A DNA stretch of 63,586 nucleotides, filler included, from Planctomycetota bacterium (GTDB lineage Bacteria > Planctomycetota > Planctomycetia > JALXBF01), in assembly GCA_026991575.1 (NCBI GenBank). It is 7 parts of 7 records of this genome, joined end to end, with 100 filler letters (N's around TTAATTAATTAA, not from the genome) between each part and the next. Parts side by side here need not be neighbours in the genome. Positions count along the whole stretch, not along the records: positions 5,667 to 11,221 come from JALXBF010000098.1; positions 11,322 to 29,344 come from JALXBF010000099.1; 5 more parts are not named here. One strand, written 5' to 3'. The translations under genes and the position numbers were made by a program. The notes beneath the pieces are model-generated. The model searched no databases, was not told the origin of the DNA, and was given only the letters and a program-made list of their open reading frames with translations. Positions within the stretch are counted from its first letter, which is position 1; each line of letters opens with the position of its first letter. Below are positions 8,991-18,868 of the stretch, piece by piece.

Positions 8991-9345
8991 AGAACCTCCC
9001 AAACAACCTCGTTCCAGGCCCCATCGTGCAAGAATAGGCGCCTACCCCCCATGCGACCACACCTGCACTGCCGCTATCCCCCCACAGAGTCCAGGACGGC
9101 ATCCCAGCCCTGGGGCACCTCCAGGCGCCATGGCCAATGTGGAAGCCATACAGGGTGTTGGCCGCCTCCCCCGTTGTGCTTAGGCAGCCTCACCAGATCC
9201 CCGAAGCGCGATCTGTGTTAGCGTGTTCGAACGCAGGATCACGCCGCAACGTTACGGCTTCGCGCTGGTATCCGCGATGCCACCTTCCATACGGACCTGC
9301 CGCCCTCTCGCCCCAGCCAAGACCCCCCGTGACGTAGCTGGCGCC

Positions 9346-9375
9346 AAAGAAAAAGCCCCGGTCGAGGACCGGGGT
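9346..9375 (-). terminator. Rho-independent terminator of the Spy-like gene
   Basis: Stem CCCCGGTC-GAG-GACCGGGG followed on the minus strand by TTTTTCTTT. Confidence 0.8.
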
Positions 9376-9469
9376 ATGGTGGGCAATACGGATAACCTGG
9401 GTACAGGCTCGTGGCAGGGGCCGTTCAGATCGCGGCTTCTTCCGCCGGCCGGTCGGTCACGAAATGCCG

Positions 9470-10063
9470 TCAGTTGTCAGCACCGCCGGACCGACGGCTT
9501 TTCCGCGGCCGCCGTGTGCCTTGCGCCGGTCGCTTCTTGCCACGACGCTCATCTGCCCTCGCTTCGTCCGCGCGCACCTTGCGCAGCTCGCGGAGCTTCT
9601 GCCGTTGTTCCGGGGTCAATACCGCCAGCAGTTCGTCGCGCAGTTTCCGCTGCAACTCGCGAAGCTTCTTCTGCAGCTCCAGAAGCTTCTGCTGCTGTTC
9701 AGCGGTCAAACCGATCGCCTTGGCGATCTCCTCGCGGCTGAGCCGTTTCTTTTCGCGGCGTGCTTTCCGCGCCAGCTCTGCCCGAGCCTTCCGCTGCTCC
9801 GGCGTCAGCACCTTGCCCAGGGCCCCCCGCACTTCTCGGATCGCTTTGGCGTACTTCAGGCTGATCTCCTTCAGCTTCGCCTTCTGCTGCTCGGTCAAGT
9901 CGATGTTCTTCTCGATGACCGCCACCAGGCCACCAACGCGCCGGGGCGGGCGCGGCGGACGCCGCCGCCCTTTGCGCTCCTGCTGTTGAGCCCACGCCAT
10001 GCTGGTGACAAGCACGGCTAGGGCCACCAGACAGGCAGTCAGGACTGGTCTTGCGCATCGCAT
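9470..10063 (-). CDS. Spy/CpxP-like (LTxxQ) periplasmic helical protein
   Basis: Signal peptide ending AWA; four LTxxQ motifs (LTEQQ, LTPEQ, LTAEQ, LTPEQ); GGAGGT RBS. Confidence 0.75.
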   Translation of the reverse strand: MRCARPVLTACLVALAVLVTSMAWAQQQERKGRRRPPRPPRRVGGLVAVIEKNIDLTEQQKAKLKEISLKYAKAIREVRGALGKVLTPEQRKARAELARKARREKKRLSREEIAKAIGLTAEQQQKLLELQKKLRELQRKLRDELLAVLTPEQRQKLRELRKVRADEARADERRGKKRPAQGTRRPRKSRRSGGADN

Positions 10064-10093
10064 GGTCCTACCTCCACTCGGTCAGCCGCTGCT

Positions 10094-11221
10094 TCAGGCA
10101 AACAACTCCGGAATCACGTTCCCGTAGCGCACGATCATGACAGGCCGCCCCGTTGGCGTGTGATATTCCTTGGTGTGGTCGATGCCGAGGGCGTGGTACA
10201 GGCTCGCGGCAATGTCATCCGGACTGATCGCCCGCTCGGCCGGCCCTTGGCCCTTCTCGTCGCTGGCGCCCACGACCTTGCCACCACCGAACGGGCCACC
10301 CGCCAGCAGCACGAACATTGCCCGCGGCCAGTGGTCACGGCCGGCACGCTGATTGACCTTCGGCGTGCGCCCGAACTCGCCTAGCACGATCACAACCGTC
10401 TTCCTCAGTAAGCCCCGTTCGGCTAACGTCACCAATAGCGCGCTGACTGCTTCATCAAGCTGCGGCAGCAGCCGGTCCTTCAACCGTTGGAAGTTCGTGG
10501 CGTGGGTGTCCCAGCCACCGTTGCTAACGGTCACGAACCGAACGCCCGCCTCAACCAGCCTCACCGCCAGCAAGCAGCTCTGGCCGAAGCCGTGCTGGCC
10601 AAAGCGTTCGGTCACGGTCGCCGGTTCCTTGCTCAGGTCAAACGCGTCGCGGCACCGCCGGGACGTGAGCATCGCGTAGACCTGCTTGCTGAACGCATCT
10701 AGACCGCTCAACAGACTGCTGGACTGTTCAAAGGACCGGAACGCTCGATCCAGATCGCGCAGTAGCTTATGCCGCCGCTCGATATCGGCCACCGTCAGGC
10801 CGTTGCCCAAGCTGATGCCGCGTACACGGAACGGCCGCCCCGGTTGCGGCGTCTGGTTCGTCTGGAACGGGCTGTACCGCACTCCCAGATACCCGGCCGT
10901 TTCCGGCGTGTTTGGGATCGCGACGAACGCAGGCACATCCGGTGGCGCAGGCTTCTCGCGGGAAACCACCGACCCGAAGCCCGGGAACCGAAGCGACGCC
11001 AACGGTCGATTTCCGGTCACCACGTACTGCGTCCCCAGCGCGTGGGCAGCCACCGTGTGGGACACGCCGCGGACAATCGTGTACTTGTCGGCCACCGCTG
11101 CCAGCCTCGGCAAGTGCTCGCAGATCTGGATACCCGGAACCTTTGTCTGGATCGGTCGGAACTCACCGCGGTACTGCTCGGGCGCCTCTGGCTTCATGTC
11201 AAACGTGTCCATGTGAGACGG
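10094..11221 (-). CDS. DUF1501 family protein (5' truncated by gap)
   Basis: SHMDTFDMKP, GIQICEHLP, FGQSCLLAVRLVEAGVRFV, GGWDTH, GEFGRTP, GRDHWP. Confidence 0.93.
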   Translation of the reverse strand, partial: PSHMDTFDMKPEAPEQYRGEFRPIQTKVPGIQICEHLPRLAAVADKYTIVRGVSHTVAAHALGTQYVVTGNRPLASLRFPGFGSVVSREKPAPPDVPAFVAIPNTPETAGYLGVRYSPFQTNQTPQPGRPFRVRGISLGNGLTVADIERRHKLLRDLDRAFRSFEQSSSLLSGLDAFSKQVYAMLTSRRCRDAFDLSKEPATVTERFGQHGFGQSCLLAVRLVEAGVRFVTVSNGGWDTHATNFQRLKDRLLPQLDEAVSALLVTLAERGLLRKTVVIVLGEFGRTPKVNQRAGRDHWPRAMFVLLAGGPFGGGKVVGASDEKGQGPAERAISPDDIAASLYHALGIDHTKEYHTPTGRPVMIVRYGNVIPELFA

Positions 11222-11321
11222 NNNNNNNNNNNNNNNNNNNNNNNNNNNNNNNNNNNNNNNNNNNNTTAATTAATTAANNNNNNNNNNNNNNNNNNNNNNN
11301 NNNNNNNNNNNNNNNNNNNNN
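11222..11321. other. Artificial contig linker
   Basis: N run, TTAATTAATTAA, N run. Confidence 0.98.
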
Positions 11322-12445
11322 CAGGCCAGCGCCGCGGCGTCGGGTTGGCCATCGCGCACGCATTCTACCTTGCCCTCACCGGGGGCCTGCTGCTACTGCT
11401 GCTCGTACCGCTCGTCGGCCCCGTGTTCCGGGCTGCGGGACACGAGAGATCCGTGCTTGAGCTGGAAACCGTCTACGGGCAGATTGTCCTCTTCAGTGGG
11501 TTGCCAACGCTGCTGGGCACAGCAGCGAGTTGCTTCTTCAGCGGCCTGGGGCGGACGTGGGTTGTCCTGTGGGTCAACGCCGCCGTGACGTTGATCTACA
11601 TCCCGCTCGACTACCTCCTCATCTTCGGCTTAGGTCCCGTGCCCGGATACGGCATTGTCGGCGCCGCATGGGCAACCGTGCTGGCAGCCTGGATCGAAGC
11701 CGCCCTCTTTATCGTGTTCATGCTCTGGTTCGACCGGTCGGACCGCTACGCGATCCGGTCCTCACTGGGCATGTGGCGGCCTCGGCTGCTGCGGCTGTTG
11801 CTCCGCTACGGCGGTCCGGAAGGGATGATGGTACTGGCAGACCTGGCCGCATGGACGTGGTTTGAGCTGGTCGTTGGTCGGCTCGGCGTTGTCGCACTGG
11901 CCGCCACCAACATGGCGTTCAACGTGAACTCGATCGTGCTATTCCCGTTGAATGGGCTCAGCCTGGCCGTCTCCACGCTGGTTGCGCAACAGATCGGCCG
12001 GGGCAGCTCCCGAGCGGCCAGACAGGTCGTATGGTCGGCACTGTGGCCCGCGGCGTTGCTGCTGCTGCCCGTCTGCACCGCGTTCTTTTTCGTCCCGCAG
12101 CTGTTCCTGGCCCCGTTCGCCGTCGGGATGGCCCCGAGCGATTACGCTCGCCTGGAACAGCTGGCGGCCACGCTGCTTCGGTTCGTCGCCGCGTACACGC
12201 TTTTCGACCTGTGCGTTAACGTCTTCGCCGGTGCGTTGCGCGGCGCGGGCGATACCAGGTTTGTGTTGCTCGCAACCCTGGCCGTCGCAGCAGGCGTTCT
12301 GGTCCTTCCCAGCGCAGTTCTCGCGTACCTGGGGCACCTGACGGTGCTGCGGCTCTGGGCGTTGGCCACCGGGTACATCGGCACGCTTGGCGTCACGTTC
12401 GCCATCCGGATGCTCCTGCGTCGCAGCACAGTTCCCATCATTTGA
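11322..12445 (+). CDS. MATE family efflux transporter (5' truncated)
   Basis: FFSGLGRT, LDYLLIFG, GIVGAAWAT, LVAQQIG, GALRGAGDT; many transmembrane segments. Confidence 0.9.
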
Positions 12446-12851
12446 GCCCCATAGGCCCAAGCCTCTCCCGCTTCAGCAGAATCTGTGAGCGGTAATCTGT
12501 GCCGGGGAAAGTTCAACCTCTCTGCCGGCACATCCGGACACTCCGCGCCTGCCGATCGTCTCCGGTTGGCCCCGCTGCCGCTGTGCGCCGAACTCTCGGT
12601 TGGGGCAACCGGCTCACGGTGGAGTCGGATCAAGACACCTGGTCGGGCCGAAGCCGTGCATGAGTTCCCGGGCTTCATCTGAACGTGGCCATCCCGGATC
12701 TGCCCGCAGCGCGCTAGAATGTTGAAGTACGGTACGGTGGCTCAGGGGCGTGTTTCAGTTTTCGCATCGGATCCTTCCGAGCACGCTGCGGGCTCAGATT
12801 GCCCCAAGCTGGGCTCCTGCCCAGTAGGTGGAGGCGTTAGTCGAGGCGACC

Positions 12852-12905
12852 GGCCAGACGGGATTGGATCCGAATGAGAGGATTGGCCCCACTGTATCTG
12901 GCCAG
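12852..12905 (+). promoter_or_regulatory. Candidate MocR/PdxR-type operator upstream of pdxS
   Basis: Direct repeats GGATTGGATCC (12861) and GGATTGGCCCC (12880) followed by the palindrome CTGGCCAG (12898-12905). Confidence 0.35.
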
Positions 12906-12947
12906 GAGCTGCGTTGCACCCGTGGCTGAGGCGTTCGGAGAGTCAAC

Positions 12948-13865
12948 ATGACAGCTAGCGAACAAGCTGGCGACACGAAAGGGATCGTTCACGGCACACT
13001 CCGCCTGAAAACTGGGCTCGCCGAAATGCTCAAAGGCGGTGTGATCATGGACGTGACAACTGCCGAGCAGGCGAAGATTGCCGAGGACGCCGGCGCGGTG
13101 GCTGTCATGGCCCTGGAACGCGTGCCCGCCGACATCCGCAAGAGTGGCGGCGTGGCCCGCATGGCGGACCCGGCAAAGATCCGCGAAATCATGGAGGCCG
13201 TGTCGATCCCCGTGATGGCCAAGTGCCGCATTGGCCACTTCGTCGAGGCGCAAATCCTGGAAGCACTCGGCGTTGACTACGTGGATGAATCGGAAGTCCT
13301 GACGCCGGCAGACGAAGAACACCATATCGACAAGTTCCGTTTCAAAGTGCCCTTTGTGTGCGGTGCGCGTGACCTGGGCGAAGCTCTCCGCCGTATCGCG
13401 GAAGGCGCCGCTCTGATCCGCACCAAGGGAGAGGCGGGCACCGGCAACGTCGTCGAAGCGGTTCGCCACATCCGACGGATCAACCGGCAGATCCGCGAGC
13501 TGCGGGTGATGGGAGACGAAGAGCTGGTCAGCGCCGCGAAACAGCTCGGTGCGCCCCTGGAACTCGTCCGCCTGGTAGCCCGCGAAGGCAAACTGCCCGT
13601 GCCAAACTTCGCAGCGGGTGGGATTGCGACGCCGGCTGACGCTGCGCTCATGATGCAACTCGGTGCCGAGGCCGTCTTCGTCGGGTCAGGAATCTTCAAG
13701 AGCGAAGATCCCCCTAAGCGAGCGGCCGCAATCGTTCAGGCCGTCACGCACTACGACAACCCCGACGTGCTGGCGCGTATCAGCGAGGGCCTGGGAGAAC
13801 CGATGCGCGGGGTGGACGTCCACGCGCTGGAAGAGCAGGAACTGCTCCAGACGCGTGGCTGGTAG
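12948..13865 (+). CDS. pdxS: Pyridoxal 5'-phosphate synthase lyase subunit
   Basis: [65 protein letters not shown]. Confidence 0.98.
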   Translation: MTASEQAGDTKGIVHGTLRLKTGLAEMLKGGVIMDVTTAEQAKIAEDAGAVAVMALERVPADIRKSGGVARMADPAKIREIMEAVSIPVMAKCRIGHFVEAQILEALGVDYVDESEVLTPADEEHHIDKFRFKVPFVCGARDLGEALRRIAEGAALIRTKGEAGTGNVVEAVRHIRRINRQIRELRVMGDEELVSAAKQLGAPLELVRLVAREGKLPVPNFAAGGIATPADAALMMQLGAEAVFVGSGIFKSEDPPKRAAAIVQAVTHYDNPDVLARISEGLGEPMRGVDVHALEEQELLQTRGW

Positions 13866-14102
13866 GGCGGATGAACCGGAAATCGGATCCGCTCTCCCAT
13901 TCGGACGACCGCAAGCGGGAGAGCATGGAAATGGTCGCCTCCTGGATCGAATGCGTCCGATGAAGCTCTTGCATTCCGATTGTCTCCGGTTTCGTTCCTG
14001 GTCGGCGGCAGGAACGGCCGATCGGGGACGATCGCCCGAACGGAAGGGGGACCGATCAAGACGATCGGATGTACTGAACCCGTGGCAAGATTGAGGGTTG
14101 CG

Positions 14103-14699
14103 GTGGAGATAGGTGTCCTCGCTTTACAAGGCGACTTTGCCGCACACGGACGCCGCCTGGAGCAGCTCGGGGCAAGCTGGCGGCGCGTCCGGATGCCCGA
14201 GGACCTGCGCGGGATCGCCGGTCTGATCATTCCCGGCGGAGAGAGCACGACACTTCTGAAGCTTCTGGCACGGACAGGGCTGGAAGAGCCGATCCGGCAA
14301 CTGGTTCGGGACGGCATCCCCGTCTTCGGGACCTGTGCCGGGTTGATTCTGCTCGCGCAGCGGGTGCTCTCGCCACAGCAGCCGTCTCTCGGCCTCCTGG
14401 ACGTCACGGTCGAACGCAACGCTTACGGCCGCCAGATCGACAGTTTCGAAGCATTTGGTACGTGGCTGGCTGGCGCAACGCCTCAGCCCCTCGAGCTCGT
14501 CTTTATCCGTGCGCCGCGGATCCGTGCTGTCGGCCCGGGCGTTCGGATTCTGGCACGCCTGGGGGAGGAGATCGTGGCGGTGGAACAGGGACCTGTCCTG
14601 GGAGCAACGTTTCATCCGGAACTGTCTCAGGACGTTACGGTCCACCAGTACTTCCTTCAGCGGTGTGCCAACGCCGCTGGCGTGGCCAGCCCCGCTTGA
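14103..14699 (+). CDS. pdxT: Pyridoxal 5'-phosphate synthase glutaminase subunit
   Basis: GVLALQG, PGGESTT, FGTCAGLI, RNAYGRQIDSF, FIRAP, FHPE; GTG start after GAGGG. Confidence 0.97.
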   Translation: MEIGVLALQGDFAAHGRRLEQLGASWRRVRMPEDLRGIAGLIIPGGESTTLLKLLARTGLEEPIRQLVRDGIPVFGTCAGLILLAQRVLSPQQPSLGLLDVTVERNAYGRQIDSFEAFGTWLAGATPQPLELVFIRAPRIRAVGPGVRILARLGEEIVAVEQGPVLGATFHPELSQDVTVHQYFLQRCANAAGVASPA

Positions 14700-14805
14700 G
14701 TCCGACCGCCCCGCTGACGCTCTAGTAGTGGGCCAGCTCAGAGGTCGAGTCCGTTCGGGCACATCTTCGCCGCCGGTTGCCATTGGTTGGGGCAGCCGAT
14801 CGGCA

Positions 14806-14834
14806 TAGAAGGCCAACCGGCTCGGGCATATAAT
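14806..14834 (+). promoter_or_regulatory. Probable rpsA promoter
   Basis: Perfect TATAAT at 14829-14834 in GC-rich DNA about 100 nt upstream of rpsA; weak -35 (TAGAAG) at 17 nt spacing. Confidence 0.5.
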
Positions 14835-14937
14835 CTTGCGTTGTTTCGCAGCGATGCGTGGTCGCTGCCCGACCGTCCCTGCCCGAGCAGACGGCGGACA
14901 GTAGTCTGGAGGAACGGCTGAGGCGTTAGGTCTTCAT

Positions 14938-17184
14938 ATGGTCGACTGGAATCTGGTTCAGCAATTTGAATCGGACGACGAGATTGCTCACGAGCTGAGG
15001 GAAGCAGCAGCTACGCCGGACGATCAGCTAAGCCATCTCGTGCGTGAGGCCACCCCGCGGCTACGCTCCGGGCAGATCGTCGAAGGAGTGGTGCTCCGCG
15101 TTACGGACGACTTCGTGGTCGTCGACGTGCACCACAAGAGCGAAGGCCGCATTCCGCTGAGCGAATTCGAGGACGAGGAGGTTCCGCAGCCGGGTGACCG
15201 GATCGAAGTTCTCGTCGAGGGGCTAGACGAGGACTTGGGCGAATTGCTGCTTTCGTATCGGAAGGCCAAGCGGATCCGCACCTGGGAACGGCTGATCAAG
15301 GAGAAGACGGAAGGCGACGTTGTCAAGGGGGTGGTCAAGCGGAAGACAAAGGGCGGACTGCTCGTCGACATCGGCGGCGTGCAGGCTTTCTTGCCGTCCA
15401 GCCAGGTTGATATCCGCCGACCGGGGGACCTGGGTGAGTGGATCGGCCGGGAGGTCGAATGCGTCATTCTGCGGATCGATCAGAGCCGACGCAACATCGT
15501 CGTCAGCCGGCGCAAGCTGATCGAAGAGCAGCGTGAACGCGCGAAGCGTGAGTTGCTGGAGCGGCTACAGGTCGGCGATGTGGTCAAGGGCGTTGTCAAG
15601 AACCTGACGAACTTCGGCGCGTTCATCGACCTGGGCGGCATCGACGGCCTGCTGCACATCACCGACATGAGCTGGGGTCGCATCGGGCATCCGAGCGAGA
15701 TGCTTCGCGTCGACCAGGAGATCGAGGTCAAGGTTCTGCACATCGACTACGAGAACGAAAAAATCGCCCTCGGTCTGAAACAGCTCACACCGAGCCCGTG
15801 GGAAAACATCGAAGAGAAGTACCCGATCGGGAGCAAGGTCAAGGGCCGGGTCGTCAGCGTGACCGAATACGGTGCGTTCGTCGAGCTGGAGCCGGGCGTC
15901 GAGGGGCTGGTCCACATCAGCGAGATGAGCTGGCAGCGCCGCATCGGTCACCCGAACGAGCTGGTGCAACCGGGTGATGAGGTCGAAGTGGTGGTGCTGC
16001 GGATCAACCCGGAGAAGAAAGAGATCTCGCTGGGTATGAAGCAGGCGACCCCGGACCCGTGGGATGCCGTGCCGGAGAAGTATCCGGAGGGCGCCCGGGT
16101 CAAGGGCATCGTGCGGAACATCACCAACTACGGCGCGTTCGTCGAGCTGGAGCCCGGCATCGAAGGCTTGCTGCACATTAACGACCTGAGCTGGACGCGG
16201 AAGCTGAACCACCCGAGCGACATGCTCGAGAAGGGCCAGGAGATCGAGTGCGTCGTGCTCAGCGTGGACATGGAACGGCGCCGCATCGGCCTCGGGCTGA
16301 AACAGCTCCAGGAGGACCCGTGGGAGCGGGAAATCCCCAGCAAGTATCGCGAGGGACAGCTCGTCCGCGGCAAGGTCACCAAGCTGACGAACTTCGGTGC
16401 GTTCGTCGAGCTGGAGCCCGAACTGGAAGGTCTGTTGCACATTTCGGAAATGTCCGACAAGAAGATCGACGACCCGCGCGAAATCGTGCAGCCGGGCGAT
16501 GAAATCGATGTCGTCGTGCTATCGGTCGATACCAAGGAACGCAAGATCCGACTCAGCCTGCGACGGGCCAAGGAAGAGGCAGAAGCCGCAGCTCAGGCTC
16601 CTGCGGCTGGAGCCGCCACCGGCACGTCATCACAACAGCAGCTTCGCGGAGGCCTCGGTGAAGGTAGCGGTCCGTTGATCGATCCCAGCCAGTTCGCGCT
16701 ACCTGAAGAATCTCAGGAGCCGGCAACAGAATCGTCTTCCGAAACCGACGCTCAACCGGCTCCCGAAGCGGCCGCGGCACCGTCGGAAGCCGCTTCCTCT
16801 GAAGAGCAGGCCGGCGAACAACAGTCTGCCTCGACCGTATCGTCTGAGGCGCCGGCGACTGAGACAGCCGTGGCCGAGCCGCCTCACCAACAACAGGCCG
16901 CCGATGCCGGTACCGGGACAGCTGTGAGCGAAGCGGCGGAACAGCCCGGACCGACTGCCGAGGCCGAACCGCCACAGACGGCGGCCTCCGCTGGTGAAGC
17001 GGGCGCGGTCGGGGCTGCAGCCGCTGAAGCATCGCCCGAACCAGCTTCGCCACAGCCGGACGCGACGGCAGGCGGAAGTGGTGATTCTGCCGCTGAGCCG
17101 GCCGCTGCGGCGCCGGATAGCGCCAGCGAAGAAACGACCGGCCAGGGCACCGACCCCGGTCAGCAGCAGTCACCACCGTCGTGA
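14938..17184 (+). CDS. rpsA: 30S ribosomal protein S1 with long acidic C-terminal extension
   Basis: Six S1 repeats (AFLPSSQVD, FGAFIDLGGIDGLLHITDMSW, YGAFVELEPGVEGLVHISEMSW etc.) followed by about 200 aa of A/E/P/S/Q-rich tail. Confidence 0.97.
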   Translation: MVDWNLVQQFESDDEIAHELREAAATPDDQLSHLVREATPRLRSGQIVEGVVLRVTDDFVVVDVHHKSEGRIPLSEFEDEEVPQPGDRIEVLVEGLDEDLGELLLSYRKAKRIRTWERLIKEKTEGDVVKGVVKRKTKGGLLVDIGGVQAFLPSSQVDIRRPGDLGEWIGREVECVILRIDQSRRNIVVSRRKLIEEQRERAKRELLERLQVGDVVKGVVKNLTNFGAFIDLGGIDGLLHITDMSWGRIGHPSEMLRVDQEIEVKVLHIDYENEKIALGLKQLTPSPWENIEEKYPIGSKVKGRVVSVTEYGAFVELEPGVEGLVHISEMSWQRRIGHPNELVQPGDEVEVVVLRINPEKKEISLGMKQATPDPWDAVPEKYPEGARVKGIVRNITNYGAFVELEPGIEGLLHINDLSWTRKLNHPSDMLEKGQEIECVVLSVDMERRRIGLGLKQLQEDPWEREIPSKYREGQLVRGKVTKLTNFGAFVELEPELEGLLHISEMSDKKIDDPREIVQPGDEIDVVVLSVDTKERKIRLSLRRAKEEAEAAAQAPAAGAATGTSSQQQLRGGLGEGSGPLIDPSQFALPEESQEPATESSSETDAQPAPEAAAAPSEAASSEEQAGEQQSASTVSSEAPATETAVAEPPHQQQAADAGTGTAVSEAAEQPGPTAEAEPPQTAASAGEAGAVGAAAAEASPEPASPQPDATAGGSGDSAAEPAAAAPDSASEETTGQGTDPGQQQSPPS

Positions 17185-17441
17185 TCGCGTGGCCACCGGC
17201 GCGGTGCCAGACTATCTGCTCCAGCGCCCCAGCGCGGATGGACAGCAGCCTCGTGCCGGTACCGCCTGCCTCAGCAGGTTTCTACCGCGCTGGCTGCAAG
17301 GTGAGCGTTGGCCGGTGGAGAGGAGCGCAGCGCGAGCTAGGCAGCGGCACGGAGGGAGCCCCGAAGCGGCCTCGTCTTCCATCGCGGCAGCGTCCGCCCG
17401 TTTCTCGCGGGTTGGTCGGAGCTTGCGCTCGGTGGAGCCTG

Positions 17442-18824
17442 CTACCGCGCCTCTGCAGCGGCCTGTCGCAACTCTTCCCACAGGGCGACGCTTGCGAGGA
17501 TACCTCGGCGGAAGTCCTCTAGCGAGAACCGCTCGTTGGGCGCGTGCAAGTTGTCGTCGTTTTGGCCCCAGCCCAACAGGAGGGAGTCAACGCCGAGTGC
17601 CTGCTTGAATGTTGCAACCACCGGGATCGAGCCGCCTTCCCGAATCAGGACCGGCTCACGATCAAATGCCCGTCGAATCGCGCGCCGTGCGGCCGTCATG
17701 CCCGGGCTGTGTACATCCATGAGCACAGCCGGGGCAAGGCCGTGGTTCAGGATCTCGACGCGGATACCGGGCCAGACCCTCTCCCGAACAAAATGCTCTA
17801 TGGAACGGAACACTCGCTGGGGATCCTGGTTCGGCACCAGGCGGCAGCTAAATTTGGCACTGGCTCGAGCCGGGATGATCGTCTTTGCACCTTGTCCCTG
17901 GTATCCGGCGGTCAGGCCGTTGATGTCACAGGTCGGCCTGGCCCAGCGTCGTTCCAGCACACTGTATTCCGGTTCGCCCCACAAGGCCTCCGTGCCAACC
18001 GCCGCTCGGAACGCATCTTCCCGAAACGGCAGCTTGGCAAACTCCTGCCGTTCCCACTCCTCCAAGGGCAGCACGTCGTCGTAGAAGCCCGGTAGTTGGA
18101 CGCGCCCGTGTGAGTCGACGAGATCGCCGACAATGGCGGCCAGGTTATTCGCCGGGTTGGCGACCGCGCCCCCGAAGACTCCCGAATGCAGATCGCTCTT
18201 GGGCCCCCGCAGGATCACCTCAGCGTAAACGAGCCCGCGCAGAGCGTAGGTGATAGCCGGGATACCCTTGTCGAATTGGGCCGTGTCGCTGATGACCACG
18301 TAGTCGCAGCGGAGCTTCTCGATGTTCTCCCGCACGAACGGGTCCAGATGGACGCTTCCGATTTCCTCTTCGCCCTCGATCAGGAACTTCACATTCACCG
18401 GCAGCTTACCGACCGTCTTCAGCCACGCTTCCACCGCCTTGACGTGCGTGAAGCACTGCCCCTTGTCATCCGTTGCGCCGCGGGCATAGATTCGGCCATC
18501 GCGCACGGTTGGTTCGAACGGTGGGCTGTCCCACTCCTCCAGCGGGTCGGGGGGTTGCACGTCGTAGTGCCCGTAGACCAACGCGGTCGGCGCCCCTTCA
18601 GCACCGCACCACTCGGCGTAGACGATCGGATGCCCCCCCGTCTCGTGAAGTTCAACCGTTAGGCCCGATGCCCGCAGATCATCGGCCACGAACTCAGCCG
18701 CCCGGCGTACATCCTCCTTGTGATCGGGATCCGTGCTGACGCTCGGAATGCGCAGCCAATCGCTGAGCTGCTGAATGAAACGGCTCAGGTTCTGCTCCAC
18801 GTACCTCTCGGCTTGGGCACTCAT
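17442..18824 (-). CDS. M20/M25/M40 family metallo-dipeptidase
   Basis: YGHYDVQP, ARGATDDKGQ, EGEEEIGS, DLHSG, GGSIP, HAPNE. Confidence 0.95.
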   Translation of the reverse strand: MSAQAERYVEQNLSRFIQQLSDWLRIPSVSTDPDHKEDVRRAAEFVADDLRASGLTVELHETGGHPIVYAEWCGAEGAPTALVYGHYDVQPPDPLEEWDSPPFEPTVRDGRIYARGATDDKGQCFTHVKAVEAWLKTVGKLPVNVKFLIEGEEEIGSVHLDPFVRENIEKLRCDYVVISDTAQFDKGIPAITYALRGLVYAEVILRGPKSDLHSGVFGGAVANPANNLAAIVGDLVDSHGRVQLPGFYDDVLPLEEWERQEFAKLPFREDAFRAAVGTEALWGEPEYSVLERRWARPTCDINGLTAGYQGQGAKTIIPARASAKFSCRLVPNQDPQRVFRSIEHFVRERVWPGIRVEILNHGLAPAVLMDVHSPGMTAARRAIRRAFDREPVLIREGGSIPVVATFKQALGVDSLLLGWGQNDDNLHAPNERFSLEDFRRGILASVALWEELRQAAAEAR

Positions 18825-18868
18825 CGGTCCAGCCCCTGGTCACCGCCAGATTCGTTTGCGTTCAGCAT

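Noticed and set aside
15560..16560. DNA-level repeats (TTCGTCGAGCTGGAGCC etc.)
   Set aside because: Explained by tandem S1 domains of rpsA.
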